A stretch of DNA of 57,102 bases, filler included, from Sphacelaria rigidula (lineage: Eukaryota), in assembly GCA_964200075.2 (NCBI GenBank). It is 6 parts of 6 records of this genome, joined end to end, with 100 filler letters (N's around TTAATTAATTAA, not from the genome) between each part and the next. Parts side by side here need not be neighbours in the genome. Positions count along the whole stretch, not along the records: positions 9,536 to 18,970 come from CAXNAA020008508.1; positions 19,071 to 28,503 come from CAXNAA020008509.1; 4 more parts are not named here. One strand, written 5' to 3'. The notes beneath the pieces are model-generated. The model ran no database searches. It saw only the letters and a program-made list of their open reading frames with translations, and was not told the DNA's origin. Shown here one piece after another: positions 11,852 through 25,683 of this stretch (positions within the stretch are counted from its first letter, which is position 1; each line of letters opens with the position of its first letter). Made by a program: the position numbers and the translations under genes.

Positions 11852-13739
11852 GTAAGGGCTCAAATATGTGTGTTGGAAGGCGTACTCATTTGTTGCTTGC
11901 CTTAGTCGTTTGACCATTGACCACGCTTCCCTTTCGAGACGGAGCACAAATATGTGTGTTGGGGGGGAGGGGGAGGGGGCTATTCCTTCGCCGGTTGGCG
12001 TGCAGGGACGTAGGAATGCTGGTTCATCTGATTCGATCTAATTGGCTTATCGGTGGGTGGGTGGATGGGCTAGTAGTTCGCATGGTCCACCAATCCGCTT
12101 CGAACGATCTCAGCTACGGTCTCAAGATAAACGTACGTATCAAGGGTGAAGGAAAAGGGACACTCGCTGAGCGAAGCTCGACAACGAAAAGGATACAAAC
12201 ACACACAAACAAAGCAAAAAAGAAAAGCGAGAAGGAAAAACAAAACAAAACGTAAGCATCGCACCGTAGCACAGTATGTACCGTCGTCGCAGATATACTT
12301 AGATGTTTCACATACCGTCTGAGTGAAAAGGTAACACAGGACCGCCACGAGCGATGTGGTATGTGTACAAGTGGGGGGGGGAAAGTTATACTAGAAAGAT
12401 GGAGGAAACTTGCGTTCTTTTTTACCCTTCACCCGCCTAGATCTACGCTACATATATCACAAGATGCGTCAGGGGGGGACAAAACAAAATGCGGACATGC
12501 TGCGGACAAAATGCGCCATTATGTTCAAGTGACCCATTGGCGCGTCAATCCACTTTTCAGAACGACTTTGACGGCCGACCTCAACCACCGGCATCCCCGA
12601 TGTTATGGTTGCGAGAATCACCCCCAATTACAGCACACTATGTATCTCGTGGCTCTCAACCCCTATGTGGATACACAAGATTGCAGCTGTTTTACGAGGT
12701 CATTCATTTAGTGGCGCCTGGCGACCTAGGATTTGGGGGAAAACAAAATCCTCAGCGGCATCGAGCGCTCCGCGCCTCTTCTTCCATTCTCGTAGGAAGT
12801 GCCATGTCTGTCTGTGCTTGCTCCAAATTCTACACTTTTTCCTCAGCTGAGTTTTTTTTCATGTAGTGCAAGACAGGAAGACCGACGAGGGGTAACTTTT
12901 TAACTCGGTTCGATTACAGACTAAGAGAGCAACAAGACACAAACAGCAAAGTAGAAAATATCGGTCCGAGAATATCGGGAGATATATTCTCAAACTGGAA
13001 TCTTGCTGCTGCAGCCTAGGCCTGAACCGCAAAAGTATTCGGTGTAAACGGGCCCCGAACAACTCTTGTGGCACCTAATTACACTGGAAAACGGCATTAT
13101 TTTGCCGAGTCTATGTTTTCAATCTGGCAGGATCCAGCGAAGTTACGAAAAAACTGGCCGTACATCGAATTCGGTCCCGCGTCTTCCTTGCCATCAACTA
13201 CTGGTCAAGATAATATGAGGGATGATTGTAATTCCGCGGGGTGTTATCCGATCGTGAAAACGGCGGGATGATACGACCGCTCCTACTAGTAGGGGGGCTT
13301 GGATAATAATTGCAAGAAATTTATTGAGGGTAGTCCGCCGCCCAAGACGAAACGACAGAAAAATAAGGACAGTGTCCGGTCTGAAAGAAATTCGTAGCAT
13401 CTGAATCTTTATCATTCATTTGAAAGAGGGGTAAAAATACAGGCATTGCCCGATCTCAAAGAAATTCGTAGGATCTGAATCTTGATCATTCAGTTGAAAG
13501 AGGGGTGATGAAAATCCATTGCTTACACAAAATCACCTCCGATCTTGGAATATGTACGTTCATATATTCTGTATATTACATACCCAATCAGGCTTCTTCT
13601 GAATGAATGGCGCTTTCTGCGTACGTTTCCGTTTCAATACATGATTTTCTGCAGTCGCGGTTTGACGTTAACCTTTTTGCTTGTGATGAAGAGAATATAC
13701 ACGTATATATGAGTGAGAAAGTATGGACCAAAACGGCAG

Positions 13740-13887
13740 GTTCGTCGTGAGGGGGAAAACCACCGCAACTCTTCGAAAGAGCGCGGGTCGAATGGCGGAT
13801 GACGTGTGCTTCAGTCTGGCAGCGGAGGGCAAGACACTGGACTTCGCCGTACCTCCCACCTTGCCCGACGATGAGAAAAGCAGCCAG
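13740..13887 (+). CDS. PH-domain protein exon
   Basis: Phase-2 CAG acceptor fits the previous exon. FVVRGKTTATLRK...DVCFSLAAEGKTLDF matches the PLC-type PH pattern (GxxT...CFSI...TLDL). CAG|GTCAGA donor. Confidence 0.8.
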
Positions 13888-15244
13888 GTCAGAGATAGCA
13901 TCGCTCTGGCAGTCCAGCAGATCACATTTCACAAGGGAATGAACATTTTCCAGCCAGCTAACAACAGTTCCGCCGTAGGGTACTTCCCCCCCTCCTACAT
14001 CCCACGTCCTTTCCGTACCTCTTACAACTCCCGCCCCACCCCGAACCACCATGTTGAAACGGGATTGATGCAAGGTATCAGAAAATAATTGGATCTCGTT
14101 TGCGTCGCGCTTCGAGCCCAGGCCTCCTGCTATCGCCGTGCGCATCGTGCATATCTGGGGCGTTTGTGTCCTTTTTTTCCATGCTCACCCGCCCACTGAA
14201 TAAATCAGTTCCTCGCATGAGGTTTGCGGCTATTTACCCCTGCGAACAATGATCAGAGAGCAGCAGCTATAATAGCTGTAGTATGCGCATATTGAAACGC
14301 AACAAAACTTCACCGCAGAAGGATATAGCGCCTGGGTCGCCGCAGTACTCTACTTCAAGTTCATTTCCGAGTATCGTCATCATCCCATCGGCAGTTACTG
14401 CCGCCGAACCCCGATGGTCTAAGTGAAAATGGTACCCTGGTAGACAGTTGAGGCGGAAGGTTGCGAGTTTAACTCACGACTGATACAGTCGTCATTCTCA
14501 GCAGAACTTAAGGTCTCGTCGTTGATAGCGTGGGGACGGTGCTGACACCCAAGAATGTGCATTGAGAGTAGAAAGGGTGCAGGAGCGCTGATCTTCATGA
14601 TGCAATCCTCGATACCAAAACCGTAGGCAGGTGTCGTGCCGGGGAAGATATGTATGCAAATAAATCCCGTGGGGCTACGGACTCGCCCCGGGAGGGTGGG
14701 AGGAAAACATTACATGTGATGTGATTTGTTGATTGGTTGGTTGTCACACTATAACTGAACTCCCAGGGATACAGCCGCGGTGACATGATAGGCGTACCCA
14801 AGACAAAACAACACTGAAACACTCGCTGAAGAAACAGAAGGAACAGAAAGAGTCGGACAGAACGACATCGTAGACTAAGACGTAAAAACATGTATATACG
14901 AGTACATACTGTATATATATATATGTGAATATATAAGTGAATACATGTACATATGTTTATGAAAATATGTACATATATGAGAATATGTATATCAAACTGG
15001 AACAAAAATATAACTGAAAACATTTTACTGCCTAGCTCGTCCGGTATTGCCAGTTAACTTCCGAGTATCGTCATCATCCTGTCGGCCGCTCGTGCACATT
15101 TTTGGATGCTGATCTCTCTAGACGCTTCCTGCCGGCAGCTAGTGGTTCTGTAGCACGTACATTCGCACGCATCGCCGATCGTTGCTTCCTCCTGGCGTCG
15201 TCACGTGGCGTGTGTGCGACTTGCCGAAAAATACACATAAGCAG

Positions 15245-15427
15245 CGGTGCGAGCTGCTGGTGTGGGGACTGAAGAGCTTGATCCGTGAAATGCAAGGGTC
15301 GCAGGTGTACGTGGACAAGGATGGGGCGGTCAAGCGTCGAGTAAGGCCAAAGCATATGCTCACCACGGTGCAGACACAGCAGCAGCAACAACAACAGCAG
15401 CAGCAGCGGCGGCAGCAGCCGGGCTAA
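15245..15427 (+). CDS. PH-domain protein, terminal exon with polyQ tail
   Basis: Phase-0 CAG acceptor; RCELLVWGLKSLIREM fits the PH C-terminal helix; TAA at 15425-15427. Confidence 0.75.
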   Translation, partial: RCELLVWGLKSLIREMQGSQVYVDKDGAVKRRVRPKHMLTTVQTQQQQQQQQQQRRQQPG

Positions 15428-16689
15428 ACGAGGGCCCTCGACGCGTCAAGATCAATCGCGTCGCTCCTCCAGTATAGCAGCATTTCCCGACGTGTTAGGG
15501 CTCACTGTTTTTTCAGATGTCCGTGACCGGTACGACGCTGTACGCATACAGTAAAATATCGATTATTTTTTTGCGGCCAATCTTTTTCGTGTTTCCAGAA
15601 GCATTCACGGGCCATCATACATGTTGGATGCGATGGACTATAACCACCATTTGAGAAAAAAATAGGCGGGACGACCACGCTCTTTCCCTGCTGCAGTTTG
15701 ACGTCCTCGATGGGGCGTCCTGGCTGCTGGTGCCGAAGACTACGGTACTATACTGTAGTCAGACAATAAAATCCTGTTGACGTGTTGAGGCTTCAACCTG
15801 TTTAACACCTTTAAATGAGGCCCATAACCTGTTGGAATATATATGGCTATCGTGGCTTGTGTATACAATACACGGTGTTCAACTGTCAAAGTGACAGGAA
15901 CAATCGGTTCACCTGGTGAACCCAGCTCTAACAAGAGAGCTCGCAGATGCTGCACAGTGTCGGTTAAACACTTGCTTGTGTGATGAGAGAAGATGCTTAA
16001 ACTTGCCGCTTCATCTGGGCGTTACTCAAATCAAACACACAAGTCGTGTATGCATGGGATATATATATATATATGTATAGGTTCAACGGTTGTTGTCAAA
16101 CCAGTGTTCGCAGATGATGACGAGTATTGTATCATGACTATCACCCGCAGCACGAAAGTCGGGCGAACAAGGGCAGTTATCTTTACCCAGGACGATGCTA
16201 TGCAAACACTTCAAAGCACGTTTAATTTTTTCACCTGTTCTTCTCCTTGAATAATGGGAACCACACTCGCGACAAGTGCGTAGATGGAACGGGTGACGCC
16301 GGGAACTACACCCGAAGCAACAAACAGGGTTCGGCGGATACTACGTCTGCTACTTCTACGTAGCTGCTGCTGCTGCTGCTATACTGAATTCGACCGCCCG
16401 GTGGTGTCTATCTATCTGTTCAATACGCAAAATTTTCGGTCGAAAATGACTCGTCAGACTCAGACGCCATCTGTGGGCGCTGAGAGAGTAAAAGGCAACG
16501 GGGCGATCCATACTCCAATCGGAAAATTGTTGCCGTTTGTCGAAGGGCTCGTGTTCCGAACGAGCAATGCGTGATACTTCGCTCCGGGGACGTTGCGGCT
16601 GTAGAGAGAGAGCACCGTTGGTTGTTGCACTTGCACGCTGGGTGTGATCGATCGAGTGGGGATCAATGCCCGACCGACTGGGGACTGGC

Positions 16690-17530
16690 CGGCGTGCGTG
16701 ACCAAGAACGATCATCAACCCCTCAGCTCCGTTGTTGCGGAGCTGGTCGGGTTTACGAGTATGTCGGAGCTCTGCTAACTGGATGACAATCTGTTCACCA
16801 GAAAAACCACGCACCCACGGTTTGCCGTGGAATTGTCTCCATGCCCCACCGTATCCTCCGTGCGGATGGTCCTCTCGACTATCATCGCGAGCGCGAGGGA
16901 GTTGCAATTCGTGGCATTCGTTCGCCTGCCGCGCCGCCCCTTCCCCCCGTCGGGTGATGAACAAATGCGAACGTGGCTCGTGTCGTCGCCCTCTTGGCCA
17001 CGCACGGTACGAACGGGCACCTTAGGGGGAGAAAGTATCGGACTCAAGCCCAGCGAATGAAGGCGCAAACAACGACATGCACAAACTCTCTTGCCAATTA
17101 GTATCCCATTATCGAAACAAGAGGTTGTTGTACTCGCAGCGCCCCGAAAGTTTTACACCCCAGCATATACTATTTACGGTCACGTCGTGCTTGAAGGGCG
17201 TCGGCGAGGTCCACCTTTGGGAGATGCCGCGACAGCCCCCCCGCCCCCCGCTCCAAAACGCCCCCAAAACGGTCACAGAGAAAATGGCCATACGGCGCAT
17301 GATGGCTGCTTTCAGACTCAATGAAGCCCCTCACATAAACGGCATTGGCGAAAATGATGCCAATCATGGGAATTCTCAGCTGCACAGTGTGCTCGGCGTT
17401 CATCGTTGTGGTTTGCATGTAGATGTTGCCTCCCCAAACCATCAACGTTTTGGGGGGAACTATCGCGGTATCACTCCTCCTCTCTGCAGGGGTCCTCTTG
17501 ACAAACGCAAGGGGGTCCCCCTTTCGGTGG
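16690..17530 (+). pseudogene. Probable highly degenerate Ty1/Copia reverse transcriptase remnant
   Basis: Collinear decayed motifs across frames: SPCPTVSSVRMVL, SIGLKPS (cf. LYGLKQS), LHVDV (cf. YVDD) and GELSRY (cf. LGELxxYLG). Confidence 0.45.
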
Positions 17531-17549
17531 TGGTGGAGGTTTAGCTTGA

Positions 17550-18930
17550 AGAGGAAGATAGCGACTCTGTCGTTTTTTACCAGGTTGCATGGCCTCCCCT
17601 GCAACTTTTCCCCTATCCGGCGAAAGAAAAAGTAGGTTGTCAGCCCGGCGTCTTTCCTGCCTCGAAGAACCTTACCGAATGCGTACACATGGCCTACGCA
17701 ACTACGGTTTGGTCTAAAACCTGCTTGCCCCTCGCTGGCTTGTTCTTGCTTTTCTTGCATCGTTCCAACTCTATCGTTCAGAACCTTACAGATTGTTCCC
17801 CCTACGGTGCTCAGTAGCGTTATCCCGCTATTCTTCCCTGGGTGAGTCTTGTCTCCTTCTTTGAAGAGGTGTACTACTACTCCTTCACTCCACCTCTTTC
17901 ATGGGTGTGTGTTCGTTCTCCCAGATTCAGTGATACCGATAACCATCATGGTGATCATTCCCTCTCCCCCGTACTTATTAGCTTCGGTCATTATTTTGTC
18001 TGCCCCTGCTGCCTTTCTGCTCTTGAGTTTAGCTACACACCCCTTTCCTTTACTCCCTCTCTTGCGAACTCTCTCTGTAATTACTTTGGGCCACTATTCT
18101 CCCGCTTTGATGCCTCTACATTTGCCTCTGCCCACGCCTTGATTTCTTTCTCAAATTCCGCGTCGAACCTCTCGTTATTTGTTGATGTCCCTCGTTTGCC
18201 ATAGTGCGCTGCTCGTACTTCTTCTTTTCCCTTCGAAGTGCTAACCATTTTACGGTTTTGTGATCTTGGGGTATTTATCCCCGTGTCTATCTGTCCTGCC
18301 TGTCTTTCCATTATGTCTTCATTCCTGCCCACATTCGCTTCATCCCGCCATCAAAATCTTCATTTTTTCCTCCACTACGTCTTTCCATATTCCATTTTTT
18401 TTCTTCTCTACTATCTTTGTTACCTCTTTTCTAGATTTAGCATACTCCTCTCGTATAATTTCACTCGATATATATCTTGCGTGTCCCTCTCTCCTTACTG
18501 TTATAGCCTCCTTGATTTCCTCATCCACCATTTTACTGCTTTGCTACATCCGACCAGTTTCTTCGCTTTGACATTATTTGCTATGGTCTTGACTAGTTGC
18601 TCCCACCCTTCTATTATCTTCGATCCTGCCCGATCCCTTTCTGTTTCGGTATTAACTGTACCAACGCTGTCAAAAATTTCGGAAAATTCCACTGCATCTT
18701 GGGCAATCTCTTCATGGAACTCTCGCTGTTCTTCTTTCATTTCTAGTTCATATGCTCTCTATTTTGCACAACTTCCCACCCCGCCTATTTCTCAAAGCTC
18801 TCCTCTGTTGCCTGCCTGTTCACACTAGAAAATGATCTGTAGTTCCCACGTTCCATGCGCGAACATGTATTTCCACTTCCTTGGTATTTCCGTACTCTAC
18901 TACTCAATAGTCACGAACTGATCTCCGTCT
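17550..18930 (-). mobile_element. LINE (APE-type, RTE/RTEX-like) fragment from the endonuclease end to the RT N-terminus, frameshifted
   Basis: GTTDHFLV (APE SDH-like motif), GITLLSTVG and EGQAGFRPNRSCVGHVY. Confidence 0.88.
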
Positions 18931-20104
18931 ATGAGTCATCCTACGATAGGGGGGGGGGGGGGGGTCCCCANNNNNNNNNNNNNNNNNNNNNNNNNNNNNN
19001 NNNNNNNNNNNNNNTTAATTAATTAANNNNNNNNNNNNNNNNNNNNNNNNNNNNNNNNNNNNNNNNNNNNAGGCTACAAATCCCCCGAAATAGTCCTTGG
19101 GAGGTCGGGAGGGATGGGGTGGCCCATATGAAAGTTATTTGTCATGAAGTTAGGTCAGGGAAAGCACCGCTTTCGAGGTGAACCTCATTTTTTCTCAACC
19201 TCATTTCCGAGAATCCATTGTTGTGTGCACCAGATTGCAGCATGGACAGACTCCTATGCGCCACGATAGCAACAGTTAGATCACCACCATAGGCATCTGT
19301 TTTCACTTCGCATGTCAAGAGGGTCTCTACAAGTGTTTGATCTCTCATACACCCCCCGGAAATGGCGTGTGGCACGCTGTTCTGGTCGGGATCCAGAGGG
19401 TCAGTGTTACGGATCGCGGCATGGCGTGGTGGATAAAGGGTAATACGATGATGGGCCGTCGGTTTCAAAACGACACTACGCCCGTAGGGCTGATTGCGGG
19501 AACTGGCTAGTACCGCAATCAGGGGTGAAGGCGTTCGTAATCCATCAAGAGACGGAATACATAAACATGCCTCTTTACATCTGCTTGCATTTGGTTCTTT
19601 CCAAGGATCAATTCAAGCAGCACCCTGGTGTTTTACTTCTTCTCTGAAGCACCAAGTGAGCACCACCAAGAGAAAAGAGAAATTGAATCGGCCTGAAGCT
19701 GTGATCTAGATATCGTGACGCTCGTCGTGTATCGTTCTGCGTTGGACTTTCCCACGTTCTGTGAGCTTACGATTGTTTCAAGGAATACAGCGAGACTGTA
19801 AGATGTCTGATTCAAGCAGTAAGTAGATGCATGAAGGTCGATAAAATCGTAAAAACGAACGGTGTGCCAAATGGAATAGTGAAATGTGTAATGATACAGT
19901 GAAAGTAAGTCGCATTTGCATGAGCTAGCGAGTCATCGTAACTTGCATGACCGAAATGCTATTGTTGTTCGCTCTACTACTCGACTTGTACAGCAGAGAT
20001 ACACAATGTCAACAACAAACATGAACAACACTATTCTGTTTGCATCATCAGATGTGGGTAGAATCAACGATGAAAAACACCCCCAAGGTCAAATTGAATC
20101 TATT

Positions 20105-20500
20105 TGTTATGGCCGCTCCACCGCCCTTGCTGGCATGTGTGTGACAGCGAACAGTAGCAGTGGTGACGGGAACATTGCCCTGTTTTTCAAGGATATGTTT
20201 TTCAGCGCACAGAGGCGCGTCCTGTCCAAACGGAGAGGCAGAGAGAAATCTGTCTTTGCATTGGTGAGCTCGACAGGCAAGAAGAGAGGAAATCTCTCCG
20301 TAGCTCGATGTTCTGGCACATGGGAAATTGGGCAGATGCTGGTAACATCGATGATCCCAGTTTCTCGAGAGTTTGGCAATCGCCGAGCGAAGACACACAA
20401 AGGACACGGGCCAGGAGCTTCCTCTCTGTCGCTGCTTCTCTTTCTGGTGATATCGTCATGGACACACGTGTTTACCACATTCGTTACGTGCACCTGCAGC
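20105..20500. repeat. Dispersed repeat, possibly the LTR of another family; inverted copy at 56815-57102
   Basis: 20219-20500 matches the reverse complement of the window end. The left limit is set tentatively at a TGTTAT. Confidence 0.7.
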
Positions 20501-23500
20501 AAGGGGACACACAGACAAGGATCATCAACCCAGGATCCCCTGTCCCCTGCCACTGCTGCAATCATGCATGCGATTATACTGAAACCTACGGCTTGGTATC
20601 ATTTAGCTACAGCACCCTCGAAGCGAGTTCAAGACAAACGAACGAGCTTGACAAAGAACAAAAACCAAGGCGAGATCGCATGGGCCAGATCACAAAGAAA
20701 TACCATACTCCGACGCTAATTTACTGGTAAGCGCCCAAGTCAAGCGCATTTTACGCAATTCTTCAAACCAAAGTCAGGCGCAGAAGAATGAATCTTGCGT
20801 AGAGACTCCCATATACGTTCTTCAGCACCGAATCCATCCCAATTGACCAGCGACGTGCACCAAAGCATTCATCCGACATTCACCTTGAGCATACGAATGC
20901 TGAAATACATATTTTATTTCCGCAGTGATGTGCAACTGCGAGTCAGCATAGAAACGTAAACGAGCGACATGGGCCGAGTGCACGGCGACAGAAAAAAAAT
21001 CTGCACCGAATACACGTGAGCGTGATCGGCTCCGACCACTCGCCACGGACCTGTCCATGTGGACGCCAACTTTGGCGTCTCACCTTGCCTACGAGCACGG
21101 GCGTACAATACGAAATCACCACCTAAAAACTTGGGCAAAACAGGCCGGCCCTGAGCAAGCTTGCGTTTGGTTTCGCGAGACACCGCGACAGAAGCTTGCA
21201 CTTCGTTACAAAACCGCACTTGCTCGTCAACCACGCCTCGATCCTTGTCACGCAACGAATCAGCATCCATGACATCAACGTCGTTGCACTCGCTGCCAGT
21301 GACAGAAGTCAGCGCGGAAAACATTGTACGCGGCGCACGCCTAAACATCACACAATACGGAGTGTTACAGTAGCGTTCACGAAAAGAAATAATCAACGCC
21401 CACCGAGCGGCTGATAAAACATCAATCCATGCAGACACCGGTCGTCTCCTTTCCGACGAAAGGGATCGCAACGCACGAACAACCTCTTTCACCATGCGTT
21501 CACAAGCATCGTTCGATGAAGGGGTATATACGCAACAGCAAATTGATGTTGCACGTCGAGCGCATCGCTCAGCTGCGCGATCACACGATTCTTGAAATGC
21601 GTGGCGGTATCACTAATCCACACCCGCGGCACCCCCAAAGTCTTGCACCAATGGAGCAAGTGCTTAGCCATAACCTCGGCGGTGCAAGCTTCGATCGGCT
21701 CCAACCAAACAAAATCGGACAAATCCTCTATGACGACCAAAACGTACCGAAACCATCCTCACCAGGCAAACCATTAGCATCTTCACGTCCGCTACTTCCG
21801 ACGTACAGAAAATCACAGTGAATAACTTCACCTGGCGCAGTACCATGCACAGTATCGCCATGCGGACGAGGCACAATCGCACCAGCACGAGTGTCTACTC
21901 GGTGCGAACACTGGCGAACGAACTTGTAAACGTGGGAATCCATGTGAGGCCACACGCAGTATCCTTTCAAACGAAACAGAATCGGCGCCACACCACGGTG
22001 ACCAGCCGAAAGCGAGTTTGTAGAGCCTTATCATCCGACAGAATCCACAAAATATCACTACTGCCAACACGCACGAGAAACAAATCATCGTCACCCAAAA
22101 CATCTTGACCAAAATTCGTACGAAAAAAATGAATGTCATGAGGAAGGAAGATAGAGAGGCGTTATTTATTCCTTCAGATAGTTTTGGGGCACGTTGGCTC
22201 ATAGATCACTCGATCCAGCCATGGGAATGCTCCCATATTTCTGGGGAAGGTTGGTGTGCAGGCTATGTTCTAGGGAAGATTGATGTACAGGCTGGTATAT
22301 CCTAGCTGGGGAAGATTAGTGTGCAGGCTGACATGCCCTGGTCCCGAGGAGGCAAACGCCTTCTCGGGCCGAGTTTAGGTAGGCTGCGTTGCATGTACCT
22401 CATGCACCCCCGCTCACTCTTGAGCTACCCTTCGAACCGGACCATCTGCTCCTACTGTTTATCTTTGGTGAGAACAGTGTGCTGGGCGATCAAGGGAATA
22501 ATCAGTGAGAGAGTAAAAGATATCAAGCCTTTGAGCTCCCTTTTATTTGTTTGCTACTGTGACCAACAGTCACGTGAATCTGCACGTGTGTATCTGCAGC
22601 TTGTTTGACTCGGACACCTTGCGCGTTTGCGCATCTTACCAAGCTTGCAGCACATTGATCATACCTAGGAAGGTGTGGAGCCTGTCCATACCTTCTCTCT
22701 ACTACATGAACGCCCTCGCCATCTGTTTTGCGCTGCGCGGTACGAATGACATCTGACGAGGGCAGCGAATCATCGGCATCACACGGGCTGTACACGGCAA
22801 TAGAACGAACAGCCACGGTAGAAATCTTCGCCAAGCGAGGTTCACCTGGCGTAAATAAAACGTCAGGCGTGACGATCGTGAAGATCTCCTGGGCCTCCGG
22901 CGCCAGAGGCATCTGCCAATATCCCTGTAGCAGGTTCAACTTGCCGAAGCATTGGGCTCCCAGCAACTCCCGCATGTCTCCTTCGCTTGGCATCACCCCC
23001 GAACACTGTTCCACTTGCGCGTTCACCGCCTGATAGTCGCTGATCATACGGAATGTATCCCTCTCCGGCACCGCCATCGCCAGACTCGCACACACAGCCT
23101 GAATGTTTCTAACCAACAAACCAAACGCCACCAAAGCTTCGATGCATGACGCAAGCCACCCAGTCTTCACCGGATCATAGCGTCTGGGCTTGGCATTCAC
23201 TGCATTCGCCTGTGGCTTAAGGTGCACCCTCATGGGCTCTACGCGCGCTGGCGGATCACCACGCAGCGCACGACGAAATGTATCCACGCGACGAGCCAGA
23301 ATATCATGCAGATAATGTGCACTATCGGCGCTCAGGCCCTTCTGCTCGGTCTGTTGCACGCTATCCTCAAGCGCACGTTCTTTCCCACCTCTCTCCTCCG
23401 CTGAGTTCATGAACATGTCCGGCGCCCGATCGACCAAGCACTGTCCCGCTTCATCAGCAGGAGCCTCCTCCTCATTGGCGCTCTGGAATGACCATAATAT

Positions 23501-25683
23501 GGATACGATCTCACGTCTTGCAGCAAGATAGCTGGGGTTTTCCACGCCGGTTTGCACCGGCGCAGCACGCGGGCATAACTAATTCAACGGCAGCGGGTAC
23601 AAATCGATCCGGAGCTCCTTCATCGTCGCCATCCCAAATGGAACTACGTTGTGCCTACCGAGCATGACAGCGAAAGTAATGGGCTGCAGCCCCACAGCCC
23701 CCCACGGCATACGCGCGCTGACAGTATTCGGCACCGTTTCATGTGTAGGCGTCACGGGAGCACCCGTGGCGGTCTGTACCATTTGCGGTCCATTTTCGAA
23801 CGGAATCTGAAGCTGAGCGCCGACAAACTGCGAAGATATTTGTTCTAGCAATCCCACACCGATCGACGTGAGCGCGGACCCAGAATCCAGAATAACGCGG
23901 GCCATGAACGAACCTACAGAACCAGGCAAGGAAAGACTGCACGTAATCTTTCAGCCTTGCGATTGACAGGTACCACGCCTGCCGAAGAACCCTGGTTGGT
24001 ACCAAGAGTCACCTGACGCCAGGGCTACCCTCCAGCACTTAACATCGATAACTGAGAATTGTCGGTCCAACCAGACCTAGTCGCCGAACATGCAGACGGG
24101 GCTGTTACAGCCGTCGCAAAGTAGGAGATGCACCAGACACGGATCCTGCCTGGCCGAAGGGGTGCGGACAATTGCTCCAGCACTCCCCACCGAAGAATTT
24201 GCATTTCCCACGTACACTGTCCGCCCCGCTACGGACGAACCATAAGATCCAGATTCACCACCTGATGACGTAGTGGAGGAAACCGCAGCGGAGGAACCAC
24301 CATCCGCCGCCGATTGCTTGCTACCGCGGCCGCCGCGCCCGCGTCCCTGGTTGGCACGGCCCCGTCCACTGTGACGACCGCTCCGAGATCCTGATGAATC
24401 TCGCACAATGCCCTGTGCAGCACCTTGGGAGCGGGGCTTGGGGCAATCCTTGATTTTATGTCCGGTGTCGCCACAGTTGTAACACGCGCGAGTGGACGAC
24501 GCACGCGAAGACGGCTGCTGTTTCTGTTTCTATTGCTGTCGCTGTTTGCGGCGCGCACCATCTGCACTTGTTGCAGAATCGCGCCGGCTATGTGCTTCAA
24601 TGAACTTCCTCTGGTCGGCGGCATCAAATATGTTGTTGAACACCACCGTCGGGTTCTTTTTTCGTCCGTTTACATACATTAGCACGCTTCTAAGATACTC
24701 CTTGAACTCCAGAGGCGAAATCCCGTCCAACAAAGCTATGGAAACCGACTCGGCCGGGCCTGGCAACCAACTCCTGTCCTCCGCATGGAACATGGCTGTC
24801 ACCGTAAGGTTTTCTGCGAAAAATGTTTCCATCGATGAACTGACTATCATCTCACGGTCCTTGACGGATTACCCTCCGCTTTATGGCATAATTAGAACTC
24901 CACGTAGGTCTACTGCAGCCCGCGCAGTGTTATGCCTGCCGCCGGTGGCGGTGTACCCGGCATGCTGCTTCACAGCATCTGGAAATTCGTCGGAGGTCAT
25001 AGCCCGACAGTCCTTGCACATATTTTCGAAGCACCGGTGGAGATAGGTAGGGATGAGTTGTCCGATGCTCACTCTTTCATGCCGTGTGACTCCTGTTGCA
25101 GTGGCCAAGTACAATATCCTCTACATGTAGTCAATATATTTGGCATAGAAAATTATTGACGCTTCTTCAGTCCACAATTTTGCCATACTTGGGCGGCTCT
25201 AGTGGCTCACCTAACACCAGCGGTGCTGCCGCCGCTTGAGCCGTGTCAACACTCCGCTGAAAGACTCTTGCCCGACCTGTGCGTCCTCCAGCCCACTGAG
25301 CATACCTCCCGGCTGTGCGCTTCAAGCTGGTATCTCTGTGGGCTGAACTGGCCTCCCTCTACGGCCCACTTTTCTCCTGAGCCAAAGTCCTCTAACAGAG
25401 TGCCGGAAGAATAATATCTAGATATTGCAGCCTTTGCCAGACGATCTGGACAAGAGGACTTTCAACGAGGGACGCCTCCAGTAGCACTGGCCTCGTGCTC
25501 GACAAGTCCTTTCTTCTCACTTGTCATTATCACGAAGTGATCCTCAAGAGACCACATCAAGAGCCAGACTGCAAGGAGCCACACAGATAAGGGTCATCAA
25601 CCCAGGATCCCCTGTCCCCTGCCACTGCTCCAATCATGTATGCGATTATACTGAAACCTACGGCTTGGTATCTTTAGGCCACA
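20499..25683 (-). mobile_element. Decayed Ty3/Gypsy LTR retrotransposon with a chromodomain (chromovirus-like)
   Basis: Direct repeats at ~20499-20611 and ~25571-25683, each starting TG on the minus strand. Gag knuckle CYNCGDTGHKIKDC (~24441-24484), protease ILDSGS (~23890), RT FRMISDYQAVN and LLQGYWQMPL, integrase GHRG/VIHCDFLY/ISDTATHF, WTGPWRV, and chromodomain VNWDGFGAEERIWESL (~20800-20847). Many frameshifts. Confidence 0.93.
22102..22678. mobile_element. Unclassified ~575-bp insertion inside Gypsy pol
   Basis: Interrupts the pol reading ...RYGQA / VLGDDDLFLV...; no TG..CA ends or TIRs recognised. Confidence 0.55.
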
